This document shows, piece after piece, positions 28,838-38,144 of a DNA stretch of 64,000 nt. This DNA comes from Candidatus Xenobia bacterium (lineage in GTDB: Bacteria > Vulcanimicrobiota > CADAWZ01). How positions within the stretch are numbered: the first letter of the stretch is position 1; every line of letters begins with the position of its first letter. Below the pieces are notes generated by a model. The model was given only the letters and a program-made list of their open reading frames with translations, ran no database searches and had not been told where the DNA came from. The stretch lies in the NCBI GenBank assembly GCA_031551355.1, contig JAVBNT010000038.1:4126-68125 (forward strand), read 5' to 3'. Made by a program: the position numbers and the translations under genes.

Positions 28838-29301
28838 AAGATAAAAACACGTCAACGGAAGGGAATGTATCCTTTAGATGTATGTTTTGCGGTAGAGATT
28901 TGGCGGACAGGCCGATAGCTAAGAACGGAAAGCAATACTGCGAAAGCTGTATTACTTTCGTTCCGGATAATCAAACGAAAAACCGAAATCCGTCAGGCAG
29001 TCAGTCAAATCAAAAAACGGCAGCCTGCCAGTGGTGCGGAAAATCAATAAGCGGAAAAATATACAATCGCTACGGCATGCAATACTGTGAACGCTGTCCG
29101 CCGGAAAAAAGTTTGCAATCGATATGCATCATCTGCAGGAAGCCAATAAAAAATGGTGCCTATAGTTCCGGCAATGAATTGTGCTGCTTTAGTTGTTCGG
29201 GCCCTCCTAAACGCTGCAAATCATGTGGAAAGGCAATATGGGGGTCTCAGGCTCAGAGGTATAAATTCTGTAAAAAATGCGGAGAAATAGAGAGCATTTA
29301 G
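28834..29301 (+). CDS. Protein with four tandem zinc-ribbon-like repeats
   Basis: The motif CxxC, 11-13 residues, (Y/F)CxxC repeats four times: 'CMFCG..YCESC', 'CQWCG..YCERC', 'CIICR..CCFSC', 'CKSCG..FCKKC'. Confidence 0.5.
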   Translation: MKDKNTSTEGNVSFRCMFCGRDLADRPIAKNGKQYCESCITFVPDNQTKNRNPSGSQSNQKTAACQWCGKSISGKIYNRYGMQYCERCPPEKSLQSICIICRKPIKNGAYSSGNELCCFSCSGPPKRCKSCGKAIWGSQAQRYKFCKKCGEIESI

Positions 29302-29347
29302 CACATTGTATTTTTCTGGATTGCTATGTTGTAGTGTCTTAGGTTAA

Positions 29348-30052
29348 TCAAGGTGACTGGCCGTTATTTGTGTAGGCCTTTATTCCGGAAAAGTGTGGGC
29401 ATATCGTGCGGCATAGAGAACACTTTATTTTAAATTTTTTGTTTTCTATTATAAAAAACTTAGAGCAGCCTTTTTTTCCGAATGAGGCAGGGTTGTTAAG
29501 TGCTCCGGCAGGGCAGGCTTGGACACATTTGTTACAGTTGTCGCACATGCCGGACTCTACTTTTTTATCCGGCATCAGCTCCGCATCGGTAAGAACGGCA
29601 CTGAACCAGAGAAAATTGCCGTACTGCGGATTCGTAAGTAAATAATTTTTGCCGATGACACCGAGTCCCGCGATTTCGGCGGCGTGTTTCAGAGAAATGT
29701 ATCCGAATTGCTCTTTTCTTTCATTGCCGTCCACCCACTTACCGCCCGATGCACTTATGGCTTTTGTTTTATACCCATCAGCCTTTATTCGTTTGGCAAC
29801 GATTTTTGCCATGTCGGTCATCGCGGTAAGCATAGTATTGCGGCTTGCGGTATATTCATCTATACTGTTTAAGACTTCCGGCGAAAATGTCGTGCCCAAA
29901 ACTATGACGGAAAGGCATTCCGGAAATACATCGGTGGGATTAAAACCGTCCGGCGCCAAACCGAAATCTTTGGCAGCGGCGATACCGACTACATCCGCTC
30001 CCGCATTTCTGCCGTATTCTTTCACTATCGCACCGGTCAGTTTCGTTGCCAT
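29348..30052 (-). CDS. QueG-like (epoxyqueuosine reductase family) 4Fe-4S protein, shorter than canonical QueG
   Basis: 'AGLGVIGKNYLLTNPQYGNFLWFSAVLTDAEL' matches the QueG core as I recall it. Two ferredoxin-type motifs 'CDNCNKCVQACP' and 'CSLCRTICP'. Only 234 aa. Confidence 0.5.
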   Translation of the reverse strand: MATKLTGAIVKEYGRNAGADVVGIAAAKDFGLAPDGFNPTDVFPECLSVIVLGTTFSPEVLNSIDEYTASRNTMLTAMTDMAKIVAKRIKADGYKTKAISASGGKWVDGNERKEQFGYISLKHAAEIAGLGVIGKNYLLTNPQYGNFLWFSAVLTDAELMPDKKVESGMCDNCNKCVQACPAGALNNPASFGKKGCSKFFIIENKKFKIKCSLCRTICPHFSGIKAYTNNGQSP

Positions 30053-30080
30053 TTTTTCGCTCCCCTGCCGACATTAATGT

Positions 30081-30596
30081 TTATATACCGATTCCAAGGT
30101 TTCTTGCTTCCTCTATTTTCCCGCTTCCCAAGACTTTTCCAAGATTTTTCCAGCCGGAGTATATTTCAAAGTTTTCGTACCAGCTTGTTGCTTTACTATA
30201 ATCCGGAGCACCTGCGGTCATTAACAGCACACTTTCTCTTTGAAAGTCTTCATACCCGAGATTTCTATATTCAGCATATAAACGGTCTATTACCGTTTTT
30301 AGCGGCCCGGTTATACTCCAGAAATATACAGGTGAAACAAAGACTACGACATCCGCTTTTATAAAAGCTGTATAGATTTTGGCCATATCATCCCTTTGTA
30401 CACATGGATTATCACACCCTTTAGGGGCATTCTTACAGCCCTCGCACCCAAGACATCCATGAATATCCATTGATTGCAAATAAAATGTTTCAATATTATG
30501 TCCTGTAATTTTTGCTCCTTCGACAAAAGCCTCAAGCAATTTGACTGTGTTTCCGTTTTTTCTGGCAGCCCCATTTAAAACTAATATATTTTTCAT
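30081..30596 (-). CDS. NAD(P)H-dependent FMN reductase / iron-sulfur flavoprotein-like
   Basis: 'ILVLNGAARKNGNT' is the flavodoxin-like fold, and 'CLGCEGC' fits. Confidence 0.6.
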   Translation of the reverse strand: MKNILVLNGAARKNGNTVKLLEAFVEGAKITGHNIETFYLQSMDIHGCLGCEGCKNAPKGCDNPCVQRDDMAKIYTAFIKADVVVFVSPVYFWSITGPLKTVIDRLYAEYRNLGYEDFQRESVLLMTAGAPDYSKATSWYENFEIYSGWKNLGKVLGSGKIEEARNLGIGI

Positions 30597-30638
30597 GAGT
30601 TGTTCCTCTATTTGTTTTTTTCTTTCTACAAAATATTT

Positions 30639-31268
30639 TTATATATTGGCTATGGATTTTCCCAATTCATAGGCTTTTCTACAGTCGTCAGGGAAAACTT
30701 TTTCCCTACGTTCTTTTCGTTCCGCTTCACTAAAAGCGGCCATATGATATTTACTGTAATCATATACCTGTAGCGTTTCCGTCGATTGCAGCGTTCCTGC
30801 ATATTTAAAATATAAACCGAGTATATCCTCATATTTTTTGAACAATTCATTATAATATCCTTCATGCACACTCATTGTGTATATGAATGCTGTCCTTAGA
30901 TTCCCTGTAAAAAGCGGTTTGGAATAGTCATTATAGTTTAAATACTGAAAGATCAGTCTTTCCCAGAATGCCCGCAGCATTGCTGTTATATCACCTAAAT
31001 ATATTGGTGAACCCAATATTAGTCCATCGCTTTTATCAATTCTATCAAGTACCGGCTTTAGATCATCATTTACAGCACAATGTCCCGGATTTTTGCTCTG
31101 TTTGATTTTACAGGCCAAACAGCCGGTGCAGCCTTTATACTCTAAATCATAAAGATTGATAAGCTCCGTTTGTGCTCCCGCGCTTTCCGCGCCTTCCAGA
31201 GCTTTGTTTAATAAGATATGGGTATTCCAGTTTTTCCGTGCGCTTCCGTTTACGGCAATAATTTTCAT
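30639..31268 (-). CDS. NAD(P)H-dependent FMN reductase / iron-sulfur flavoprotein-like, paralog of the gene at 30081..30596
   Basis: 'IIAVNGSARKNWNT' and 'CTGCLAC'. Confidence 0.6.
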   Translation of the reverse strand: MKIIAVNGSARKNWNTHILLNKALEGAESAGAQTELINLYDLEYKGCTGCLACKIKQSKNPGHCAVNDDLKPVLDRIDKSDGLILGSPIYLGDITAMLRAFWERLIFQYLNYNDYSKPLFTGNLRTAFIYTMSVHEGYYNELFKKYEDILGLYFKYAGTLQSTETLQVYDYSKYHMAAFSEAERKERREKVFPDDCRKAYELGKSIANI

Positions 31269-31312
31269 TAAGCAACCACCTTTACTTATATAGTATTAAA
31301 TCACAATGTTCT

Positions 31313-31861
31313 TCAATGATTTTCCCCCTGTGATATACCGTCAAACGAGTTATAAAAAATAGTGTGACTCAGATCAAAACGTTTGTAATGAACCGGATGA
31401 GGTCTGGCATCAGACGCAGGATACCCTAACGGCAACAAGGCGACAGGCACCAGGTATTCCGGTATACTGAATAGCTCTTTGATTTTGTCATGGTCGAAAG
31501 CTGCAACCCAAGTACTGCCGATCCCCAGACTAGCAGCCTGTAGCATCATGTGAGTTGTTACGATACCGGCGTCAACATCTCCGCCTGACTTGCCACTTTG
31601 TTGATGCTTCCAGCAGCTACCATGATCGTAACAAATCAGCAAGGTTAAGGGGGCGTTAAAATGATATGTTGTACAGGATTTTAGCTTGGTTAAGCTCTCC
31701 TCGCTATCAAGCACAAGAATCCGCTGGGGCTGGAAATTGGCGGCAGTAGGGGCTATCCGGCCTGCCTCCAGTATTAAGTCCAGTTTTTCCTTTTCAATTT
31801 TATCTTTTTTGAATTTCCTGACAGAATAACGTTGATCTTTTGCCAGTTGTAAAAAATCCAT
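31313..31861 (-). CDS. Nitroreductase-family protein
   Basis: 'RYSVRKF', 'ILEAGRIAPTAANFQP' and 'GIVTTHMMLQAASLGIGS'. Start placed at the internal Met after GGAGG. Confidence 0.7.
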   Translation of the reverse strand: MDFLQLAKDQRYSVRKFKKDKIEKEKLDLILEAGRIAPTAANFQPQRILVLDSEESLTKLKSCTTYHFNAPLTLLICYDHGSCWKHQQSGKSGGDVDAGIVTTHMMLQAASLGIGSTWVAAFDHDKIKELFSIPEYLVPVALLPLGYPASDARPHPVHYKRFDLSHTIFYNSFDGISQGENH

Positions 31862-31989
31862 CATCAATCCTCCATCTTTGGCAATTTTGTAATAAGTTTG
31901 CTTTTCTTCATTTTTAATTGTATGATATAAGAAACTTATTATCAAGTACGCACATTTTTGTTCCCTTGTAAATATATTTTGGAGGACTT

Positions 31990-32337
31990 ATGAAAAAGAC
32001 AATTTGTTCAGAAGGGTTGGCGGATAATGGTGTTAATGAATGCCCTATTATTCATGCGATAAGATTGATTGGTCAAAAGTGGAAAATACCTATTTTATGG
32101 AAGCTCACGGAATACGATATGCTGCACTACAATGAATTAAAGCGTCAAATTCCGGGGATTACAAACACAGCGCTGACAAGATGCCTGCGGGAACTCCAGG
32201 AATTTGGTCTTGTCAACCGGCTTGAACATGGCACAATTCCACCATCTGTTGAATATAGTTTAACTGTTCGTGGCAAAGCGTTACTGCCTACATTTAATGA
32301 ATTATATCACTGGGGCAAGGAGCAAATGGGAACTTAA
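31990..32337 (+). CDS. HxlR-family transcriptional regulator
   Basis: 'CPIIHAIRLIGQKWKIPILWKL' is the HxlR wHTH signature. It is divergent from the nitroreductase gene. Confidence 0.8.
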   Translation: MKKTICSEGLADNGVNECPIIHAIRLIGQKWKIPILWKLTEYDMLHYNELKRQIPGITNTALTRCLRELQEFGLVNRLEHGTIPPSVEYSLTVRGKALLPTFNELYHWGKEQMGT

Positions 32338-32400
32338 TCGTAATCTGCCTAAAGGATAGACATAAGCAGGAATAAACAGCGATGTGTCGCTATTATTGAC

Positions 32401-34086
32401 TTAGTCCTTGAATGTCTTTATCCACTCCAAAAAATCATATTCCTGGGGGTTGACAATCAGCGTTGTTTCTCCGGATATTGTGACCATGCCCGGCGGCATG
32501 CCTTTTTTCTTGGCGACATTTTTCGCCAGGGTATATGATACCGGTACTTTTGCCGATTTTTTTGCTTTCGAGAAATATGCGGCAATGGTAGCCGCCCTGA
32601 CAATCACTTCGTTGGGCATTTTTTCACCGCTTTTAGTCCTTATTATCACATGACTTCCGGGGATTCCTCTGGTATGGAACCACAGATCCGCTTTGTTTGA
32701 TATTTTAAGACTAATCTCGTCGTTCTGTTCAGGGTTTTTTCCGGCAATAATGTCAAAGTTTTTGTAGGAATATCTTCTTGGGCCGGATGTAAAATGACTT
32801 TCTTTTGGTGCTGTTTTGCTCTGCCAGTTGAATAGATCAGAGGCATCCAAAAGCTGATATTCTTCAGTCGCTTTTTCCAGTTTCTCAAGATTTTCTTTAG
32901 CAATGATGATTTTCGAATTGCACTCATCAAGCCTCTGAGTTAAGATCGGAATTCCCCGCTGTGACTTTTTGAACTTCTCAAAATATTTTTGGGCATTGTC
33001 GCTGGCGGAAAGTGACGGATCCAATTCTATCTCTACTGTAGACGGCGGCGATTCATAGATGTCATCTACTTTTATACTCGTATCTTTCAGTCTTATCATA
33101 TAAAGATTGGTTAGTATCAGCTCGCCTTTGCGCTTTAGTTGCCTGTTTTTTTCCAGCTTTTCCAGATCGCCGGCGATGGCGGTTCGCTTTTTTAGCAGTT
33201 TTTCCAGCTCTTTTTTAAGCCGCAGCCTTAGTTCCTTTTTACGGGTTTCAAAATTCTCTTCCCTGTTGGCATTTTTATAAAAAGAGCAAAGCATATCGTT
33301 GACGCTGGAATGTTTTTCCGCCTCACCATCTCCGTGACCACCTATATCCCATAGAGAATATTTTTCCATTATGCCGTTTTGCGAGTAAGTCGTCGGCGCT
33401 AATTTTCCGCTCTCTATTTTTTGAAAAAAGTCATTCCACTTTTCCAGCAGTCCGGGATAATCCGTTACCTCTCCGCTTTGAACTGCAAGCAGCTGCTCTG
33501 CGGTCTCCTTTGAAAAGCCGATAAAAGTTTTTATTATTTTATCATTGAGCTTACCGGTGCCGTTTTCGAAGATGGTTTTTAATCGTTCTGCCGCCTGCGG
33601 TGACAGCGGATCACATTTGTGCGGCGGCAAGGAGGGAGCATAGTAATCTTTGTTTTCAGACATTCTTTTATCGCCCATGGTTCTGTAGGAACCCAGTACC
33701 TTATTGTTTCCCGACAGAAGTATGATATTGCCGTCTCGTTCATGAAACTCAAAAATCAGCTGCCATTGCGAAATTTTGTCACTGAAATTGAAGATGCTCC
33801 TTTTTTCAAATCCCTGGTTCTCTACGCCTGTAAGCCTTCTTCCCTGCAGGTATTTTCTCATGAGCATACAAAAAGACGACGGCTCTTTGCCGGCGGCTTT
33901 TTTGCCGTCAATAAGGTGAAATCTTTTATCTTCACCTTTTAGCTTTACAAACAAATTTTGCTCAACGATCCCGTAAAACTGGAAGATATAGCTTCCGTCG
34001 GACATCTCGTATATTTTTCTTAAAATATTGCCGCTCAGAATATTTGTCAGTTCTCTTGAGATTAAATATGTAATAATGCCGTCCAT
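32401..34086 (-). CDS. rqcH: RqcH / NFACT-family protein (FbpA-like, ribosome quality control)
   Basis: N-terminal NFACT-N-like 'MDGIITYLISRELTNIL...', a long coiled coil, and a C-terminal NFACT-R-like region. Length 561 aa. Confidence 0.8.
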   Translation of the reverse strand: MDGIITYLISRELTNILSGNILRKIYEMSDGSYIFQFYGIVEQNLFVKLKGEDKRFHLIDGKKAAGKEPSSFCMLMRKYLQGRRLTGVENQGFEKRSIFNFSDKISQWQLIFEFHERDGNIILLSGNNKVLGSYRTMGDKRMSENKDYYAPSLPPHKCDPLSPQAAERLKTIFENGTGKLNDKIIKTFIGFSKETAEQLLAVQSGEVTDYPGLLEKWNDFFQKIESGKLAPTTYSQNGIMEKYSLWDIGGHGDGEAEKHSSVNDMLCSFYKNANREENFETRKKELRLRLKKELEKLLKKRTAIAGDLEKLEKNRQLKRKGELILTNLYMIRLKDTSIKVDDIYESPPSTVEIELDPSLSASDNAQKYFEKFKKSQRGIPILTQRLDECNSKIIIAKENLEKLEKATEEYQLLDASDLFNWQSKTAPKESHFTSGPRRYSYKNFDIIAGKNPEQNDEISLKISNKADLWFHTRGIPGSHVIIRTKSGEKMPNEVIVRAATIAAYFSKAKKSAKVPVSYTLAKNVAKKKGMPPGMVTISGETTLIVNPQEYDFLEWIKTFKD

Positions 34087-34169
34087 TTTTATTCCTTTAA
34101 TTATAAATAAAGAGCCCGACGGACCAAACCGCTAAAGGGCTCTTATATCAATATTTTTTATTTAAATTA

Positions 34170-36680
34170 TTATTGTTTTGCCGCCATCTCGGCAATCTCC
34201 TCATCTCTTGAGCGCAAGAGCTTAAGCTCCTTGCCGTCGATGGTAATTTTGCTGGCCTTTATCGGCTCCGCAGATGAAGCACCCTGGAAAATATCTTCTC
34301 CCGGTTTCAGCTGTGACAGGATTGCCGCTACTTTTTTCTGGCATGCCAGACCTTTTTCAATGTCGAAAAATTCGCCGAAGAACTTTGAAATTGTTTCTTT
34401 ATTCTCTTCCACGGTAGGATCCATGGCCGCCATTGTTCTTATCTGGCTGTTAAGGCTGGCAAACTCCACTTTTGTTGTGCTGTCTTCAAAATTGTTACAT
34501 GTCAGCTTTACTTTGATGCCTCTCTTGCCCGTTTCCTGAAGCAGTTCGCCCAGTTCCCTGTCACCGTCAATACTGGCCCTGTCAATGGTAATCTCCTGCT
34601 GTGCATCCTGAATTCCGGCTTTCTGCCAGTGTTCGGAGAATTTGCCGCGGGCGATTCTGAGCATCTCCTCGTGGGTAACCATATTTCCGAATCCGCGTGT
34701 CTCATCCATAGACTGTCTCGACAGGCTGTGACTGCCGACATATGCTTTTTCCTGATCTATTTCGATATAGTTATTGCTGAGCGAGTCAATTTTCATTTGT
34801 GCAACATTGGCGCCGCTTGCTTTTAAATCCTCAATCATTGCCGCATCCTGCGGTTTGAGTTTTCTCGGTCCGAGTATGATATGTACCGGTATACCCTGTT
34901 TGGCTTTGGCTTTGATTATTTCCGCCATTTTTCTGTCGGTAAGTTCCTTGGTGGTTATCTTAATACTCTTTTCCGCACTGTTTAAGAGACTGGTCAGCTG
35001 CTGTCTGGCGTTCCCCGGACTTGCGACCACTTCCGATGTTGGCGACAACTCGGCAGCTTTTCCGCTGGCAGACGTTTTTTCCGCATCAGCGCGCAGCATT
35101 GTTTCAATTTCTTTTACGTCTTTTTCCGAGATGTTTATAACTCCGTAAGAGTTGTTGTATTTGAATGCCGAACCGGAAAGGTTGTCCGGGAATGTTATTG
35201 ATTCCTTACCGTCGACAAGGACACAGGTTCCCTGCATGGATTTGTATGTCGAGTCGGTCATTTGTACTTTTACGCCGGCTTCTTCAAGTTCTTTGGCTGT
35301 GTCAATGTTAATAACGCAGTTCGGATCCCAGGGGAATGGATTCTGCGGCATCATTACCGTTACTTCCACGCCGTCTTTGGCTGCCTTCTTTAATGCGTTT
35401 TTCGTGCCGCCGTCGGAGAAAAGGTTCGTCTGGATAATGACTTCCTTCTCAGCTGTTCTGATCGCCCCTTTTACCGCAGAGCCGATGGCACTGGGATCGC
35501 TTATAACCATTTTTGAGGGAATCGCAAATCCTTTATCCCGGTAACGGTCTATCACTCCGGCCAACTGTTCTTTTTCATCGTGGAAGATATATCCAAGTTC
35601 ACGGTTTTTGTCAATTGCGGACATGCTGAAGTTTTGCGAGCCGATATATGTCTTGGATTCTTTCGTGCCTTCATCAATATTCACGGCTTTGGCATGTATG
35701 TACGGCGTAACAAGGAAGCTTACGTCCGCACCTTTGAGTGCGAGATATGCAGCATTTTGCATGTTACCCTGGGCGATTCCCGGATCGGTAAGTGTCAATT
35801 CGGTTTTTACGCCTTCGCTGAGTTTCTGTGCCAGAAGGTCGATAACGCCTTTATCCGTAAAGCCCTGCTGCAATACATGTATGGATTGCTTTGCGTTACC
35901 GATAAGACCGGTCAGCTTGTCCCTGGCATTGTCGGGACTGATTACCAGATTTGTCTCACCCATGTCAGGCAGTTCAACTCTTTCCCAGTCGGAATTGAAT
36001 ATCGTCTGAATCTGATTTACTACCTTGGGGTTTTCAATCATGATAGCCCCGAGATCGAGATTCTTTTTGAACGTTGAACTTCCTAGATTGCCGGTAAGTA
36101 TCAGCGCTTTTTCGCCGTCAAAAACCATACTCTTTTCATGAGTGACCCTGCTTTTGGAGAATACCGGATTATCCGGTTTGTACTCGGCGCCTGCGGCAAC
36201 GAGCTCTTCGATGGCTTTTTCACTGGGGTTTGCTTTTTGCTGAGTCCAGTAGAACGGATCGTCTTCAACCATCAGCCTTACCTTAACACCTCTGTCAAGG
36301 GCGTTGTGGAAGGCAGTCATCAATTCGGGGGTGTTGGCCGTTATAATATAGATATGAAGGTCTATTGATTCTTTGGCATTGTCAATCATGGAAACAAGGG
36401 TTTCCAGACCGTTTTCTTTCATAACGACAATGTCCGGAGCCGGATCCAGAGGGGCCGCTTTTTGCGGGGATTGTGATTCAGGTTTTGCTGATGCGGGAGC
36501 TGTTTGCTTCGGCTTTGCCTTTGAACGTGAGGCAGACAGGCTTATATCGGCCACATCAGCCGTCGAAACCGAACTACTGCTTTCAGGAGCGGCCTTGGCA
36601 GGTATTGGCGTTTGATCGTTTTGCTGTATTCCTATTGAAATGCTCTGGGGAAAATTAAAGTTCAAGTTGCCAATATTCAT
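34170..36680 (-). CDS. Large protein with four phospholipase-D-like repeats (two canonical HKD motifs, two degenerate) and a low-complexity N-terminus
   Basis: 'VTHEKSMVFDGEKALILTGNL' and 'YIHAKAVNIDEGTKESKTYIGSQN' are the HxKxxxxD...GSxN motifs. Later repeats 'YKSMQGTCVLVDG' and 'YIEIDQEKAYVGSHS' lack His and Lys. N-terminal Pro/Ser/Ala-rich region with no signal peptide. Confidence 0.7.
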   Translation of the reverse strand: MNIGNLNFNFPQSISIGIQQNDQTPIPAKAAPESSSSVSTADVADISLSASRSKAKPKQTAPASAKPESQSPQKAAPLDPAPDIVVMKENGLETLVSMIDNAKESIDLHIYIITANTPELMTAFHNALDRGVKVRLMVEDDPFYWTQQKANPSEKAIEELVAAGAEYKPDNPVFSKSRVTHEKSMVFDGEKALILTGNLGSSTFKKNLDLGAIMIENPKVVNQIQTIFNSDWERVELPDMGETNLVISPDNARDKLTGLIGNAKQSIHVLQQGFTDKGVIDLLAQKLSEGVKTELTLTDPGIAQGNMQNAAYLALKGADVSFLVTPYIHAKAVNIDEGTKESKTYIGSQNFSMSAIDKNRELGYIFHDEKEQLAGVIDRYRDKGFAIPSKMVISDPSAIGSAVKGAIRTAEKEVIIQTNLFSDGGTKNALKKAAKDGVEVTVMMPQNPFPWDPNCVINIDTAKELEEAGVKVQMTDSTYKSMQGTCVLVDGKESITFPDNLSGSAFKYNNSYGVINISEKDVKEIETMLRADAEKTSASGKAAELSPTSEVVASPGNARQQLTSLLNSAEKSIKITTKELTDRKMAEIIKAKAKQGIPVHIILGPRKLKPQDAAMIEDLKASGANVAQMKIDSLSNNYIEIDQEKAYVGSHSLSRQSMDETRGFGNMVTHEEMLRIARGKFSEHWQKAGIQDAQQEITIDRASIDGDRELGELLQETGKRGIKVKLTCNNFEDSTTKVEFASLNSQIRTMAAMDPTVEENKETISKFFGEFFDIEKGLACQKKVAAILSQLKPGEDIFQGASSAEPIKASKITIDGKELKLLRSRDEEIAEMAAKQ

Positions 36681-36686
36681 AAAATA

Positions 36687-37046
36687 CTACCTGCCTTTCT
36701 GAACTAAGGACGTTATGTCCTGTAAAAAACGGACTAATTCATCCAAACTCTCAAGGTTGCCGATGACATTTACAATATCCCGGTTTTCCTTGTCATAGCT
36801 GAATTGTTTGCCTAAAAGCATAATCGGTTGATTTGTTTCGTCGAGAAGTCTCGAAAATTGATATCTTATCCGTCCTTTGGGATTAATATAGAACTGATGA
36901 TTTATCCCGTTTTCTTCTTTTACCGCACTGATATTTTCCGTGACCGATGAATCAAATCCGGCTTCTTCGAGAATTTTTATAATAACCTCAGTATTGAAGT
37001 CCCAAGCCATACATAATCTCCTAAACGTTATTAAAAGATTGTTCAA
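36687..37046 (-). CDS. Small acidic hypothetical protein upstream of, and cotranscribed with, the PLD-repeat gene. Possibly YbjN/chaperone-like.
   Basis: 119 aa. Its stop is 6 nt before the PLD gene start. No motifs recognised. Confidence 0.3.
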   Translation of the reverse strand: MNNLLITFRRLCMAWDFNTEVIIKILEEAGFDSSVTENISAVKEENGINHQFYINPKGRIRYQFSRLLDETNQPIMLLGKQFSYDKENRDIVNVIGNLESLDELVRFLQDITSLVQKGR

Positions 37047-37427
37047 TATTTTTACAATTGAATTATACCATGTTTACTTTCTTCAATGATTGCATAAAAT
37101 GTTAAGATAATGTTAATATTTGGAAATGTTTTGCTCTGCTGTTCGTTAAGCGGCGGGCGGAGAGTTAGATGCGCATCACTGCATGCAGGTGACGCAGATG
37201 TGTCTCAGTGATAATTTTAAAACGCAATCAATCATGATTGTAGCCGTAAATATCCGCAATGCTTATCCGGGCAGTAACGCTGCTATATTATTAATTTTGC
37301 CGTTGGTTGCAAAAATAAAAAGATTTTAGGTATTATTGCTGTTTGACTTTCCGTAATCAATTTTTTCTGTTATAATTTTAGAAAATAGAACTTAGTTAAA
37401 ATATAATTTTTAGGAGGGCATTCTATT

Positions 37428-38141
37428 TTGTTAAGATTAAGAAAGAGAAAAAAAGGCTTTACTTTAGTGGAAATGGCGTTGGTGATTCTGATAACTTCCG
37501 TTCTGGTTATTATAGCTTTTTCATCACTTATGGGCCGCCAAAAGCACGCCGCATTTGAAGCAAAGGCCAGTTCCCTGAAAGACTATCTCACTAAATGTGC
37601 TTCTTACTCTAATACAACCGGGCAAACTCTTTATTTACGTTTTCAAACCCAGGACGATGGAGCAGGGGCACCTGTTTCCGCGATTATTGCTGTTCCTATG
37701 ATACCGCATCAGCTACCTGCGGATATTGCCAACTGGAGGCCGGATGATGCCGCGATTTCAACTGTGAATGGAGTCAGTACGCCCTGGGTAAGGTGTTCAC
37801 TTGCTCTCTGGGGGATGACAAACAATACCGACCATAGCAAACGTCCTCTGCTTAACAACGGCCAACTGTCCGGAGATCTGGCGGAGAGGTCTGTCACTGC
37901 AAACGACATAGAGATTAATCCCGGAAGTTCACCGGCTTACGTTATTGGGCGCGTTGAAACTGTTAATATGAGAAATCCTCATAACCATAATCATGATACG
38001 TTCCCGGTAATTATTATGGATAATGCTATAGGAAGTAAACGTACTATGTCTTATGCCCTTGAAGTTATGGGCAGCGGAAGTGTTAATATGTATTTTGGAA
38101 AATTTAGAAACAGCCAATTTTCTTACACCCCTAAACAGTAA
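37428..38141 (+). CDS. Type IV prepilin-like protein (N-terminal cleavage/methylation domain)
   Basis: 'KKGFTLVEMALVILITSVLVIIAF' is the G|FTLxE prepilin motif followed by a hydrophobic helix. TTG start after AGGAGGG. Confidence 0.7.
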   Translation: MLRLRKRKKGFTLVEMALVILITSVLVIIAFSSLMGRQKHAAFEAKASSLKDYLTKCASYSNTTGQTLYLRFQTQDDGAGAPVSAIIAVPMIPHQLPADIANWRPDDAAISTVNGVSTPWVRCSLALWGMTNNTDHSKRPLLNNGQLSGDLAERSVTANDIEINPGSSPAYVIGRVETVNMRNPHNHNHDTFPVIIMDNAIGSKRTMSYALEVMGSGSVNMYFGKFRNSQFSYTPKQ

Positions 38142-38144
38142 TGT

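Noticed and set aside
34231-36658. Multiple plus-strand ORFs of 100-165 aa inside the PLD-repeat gene
   Set aside because: They are all nested antisense to a single long, motif-supported ORF.
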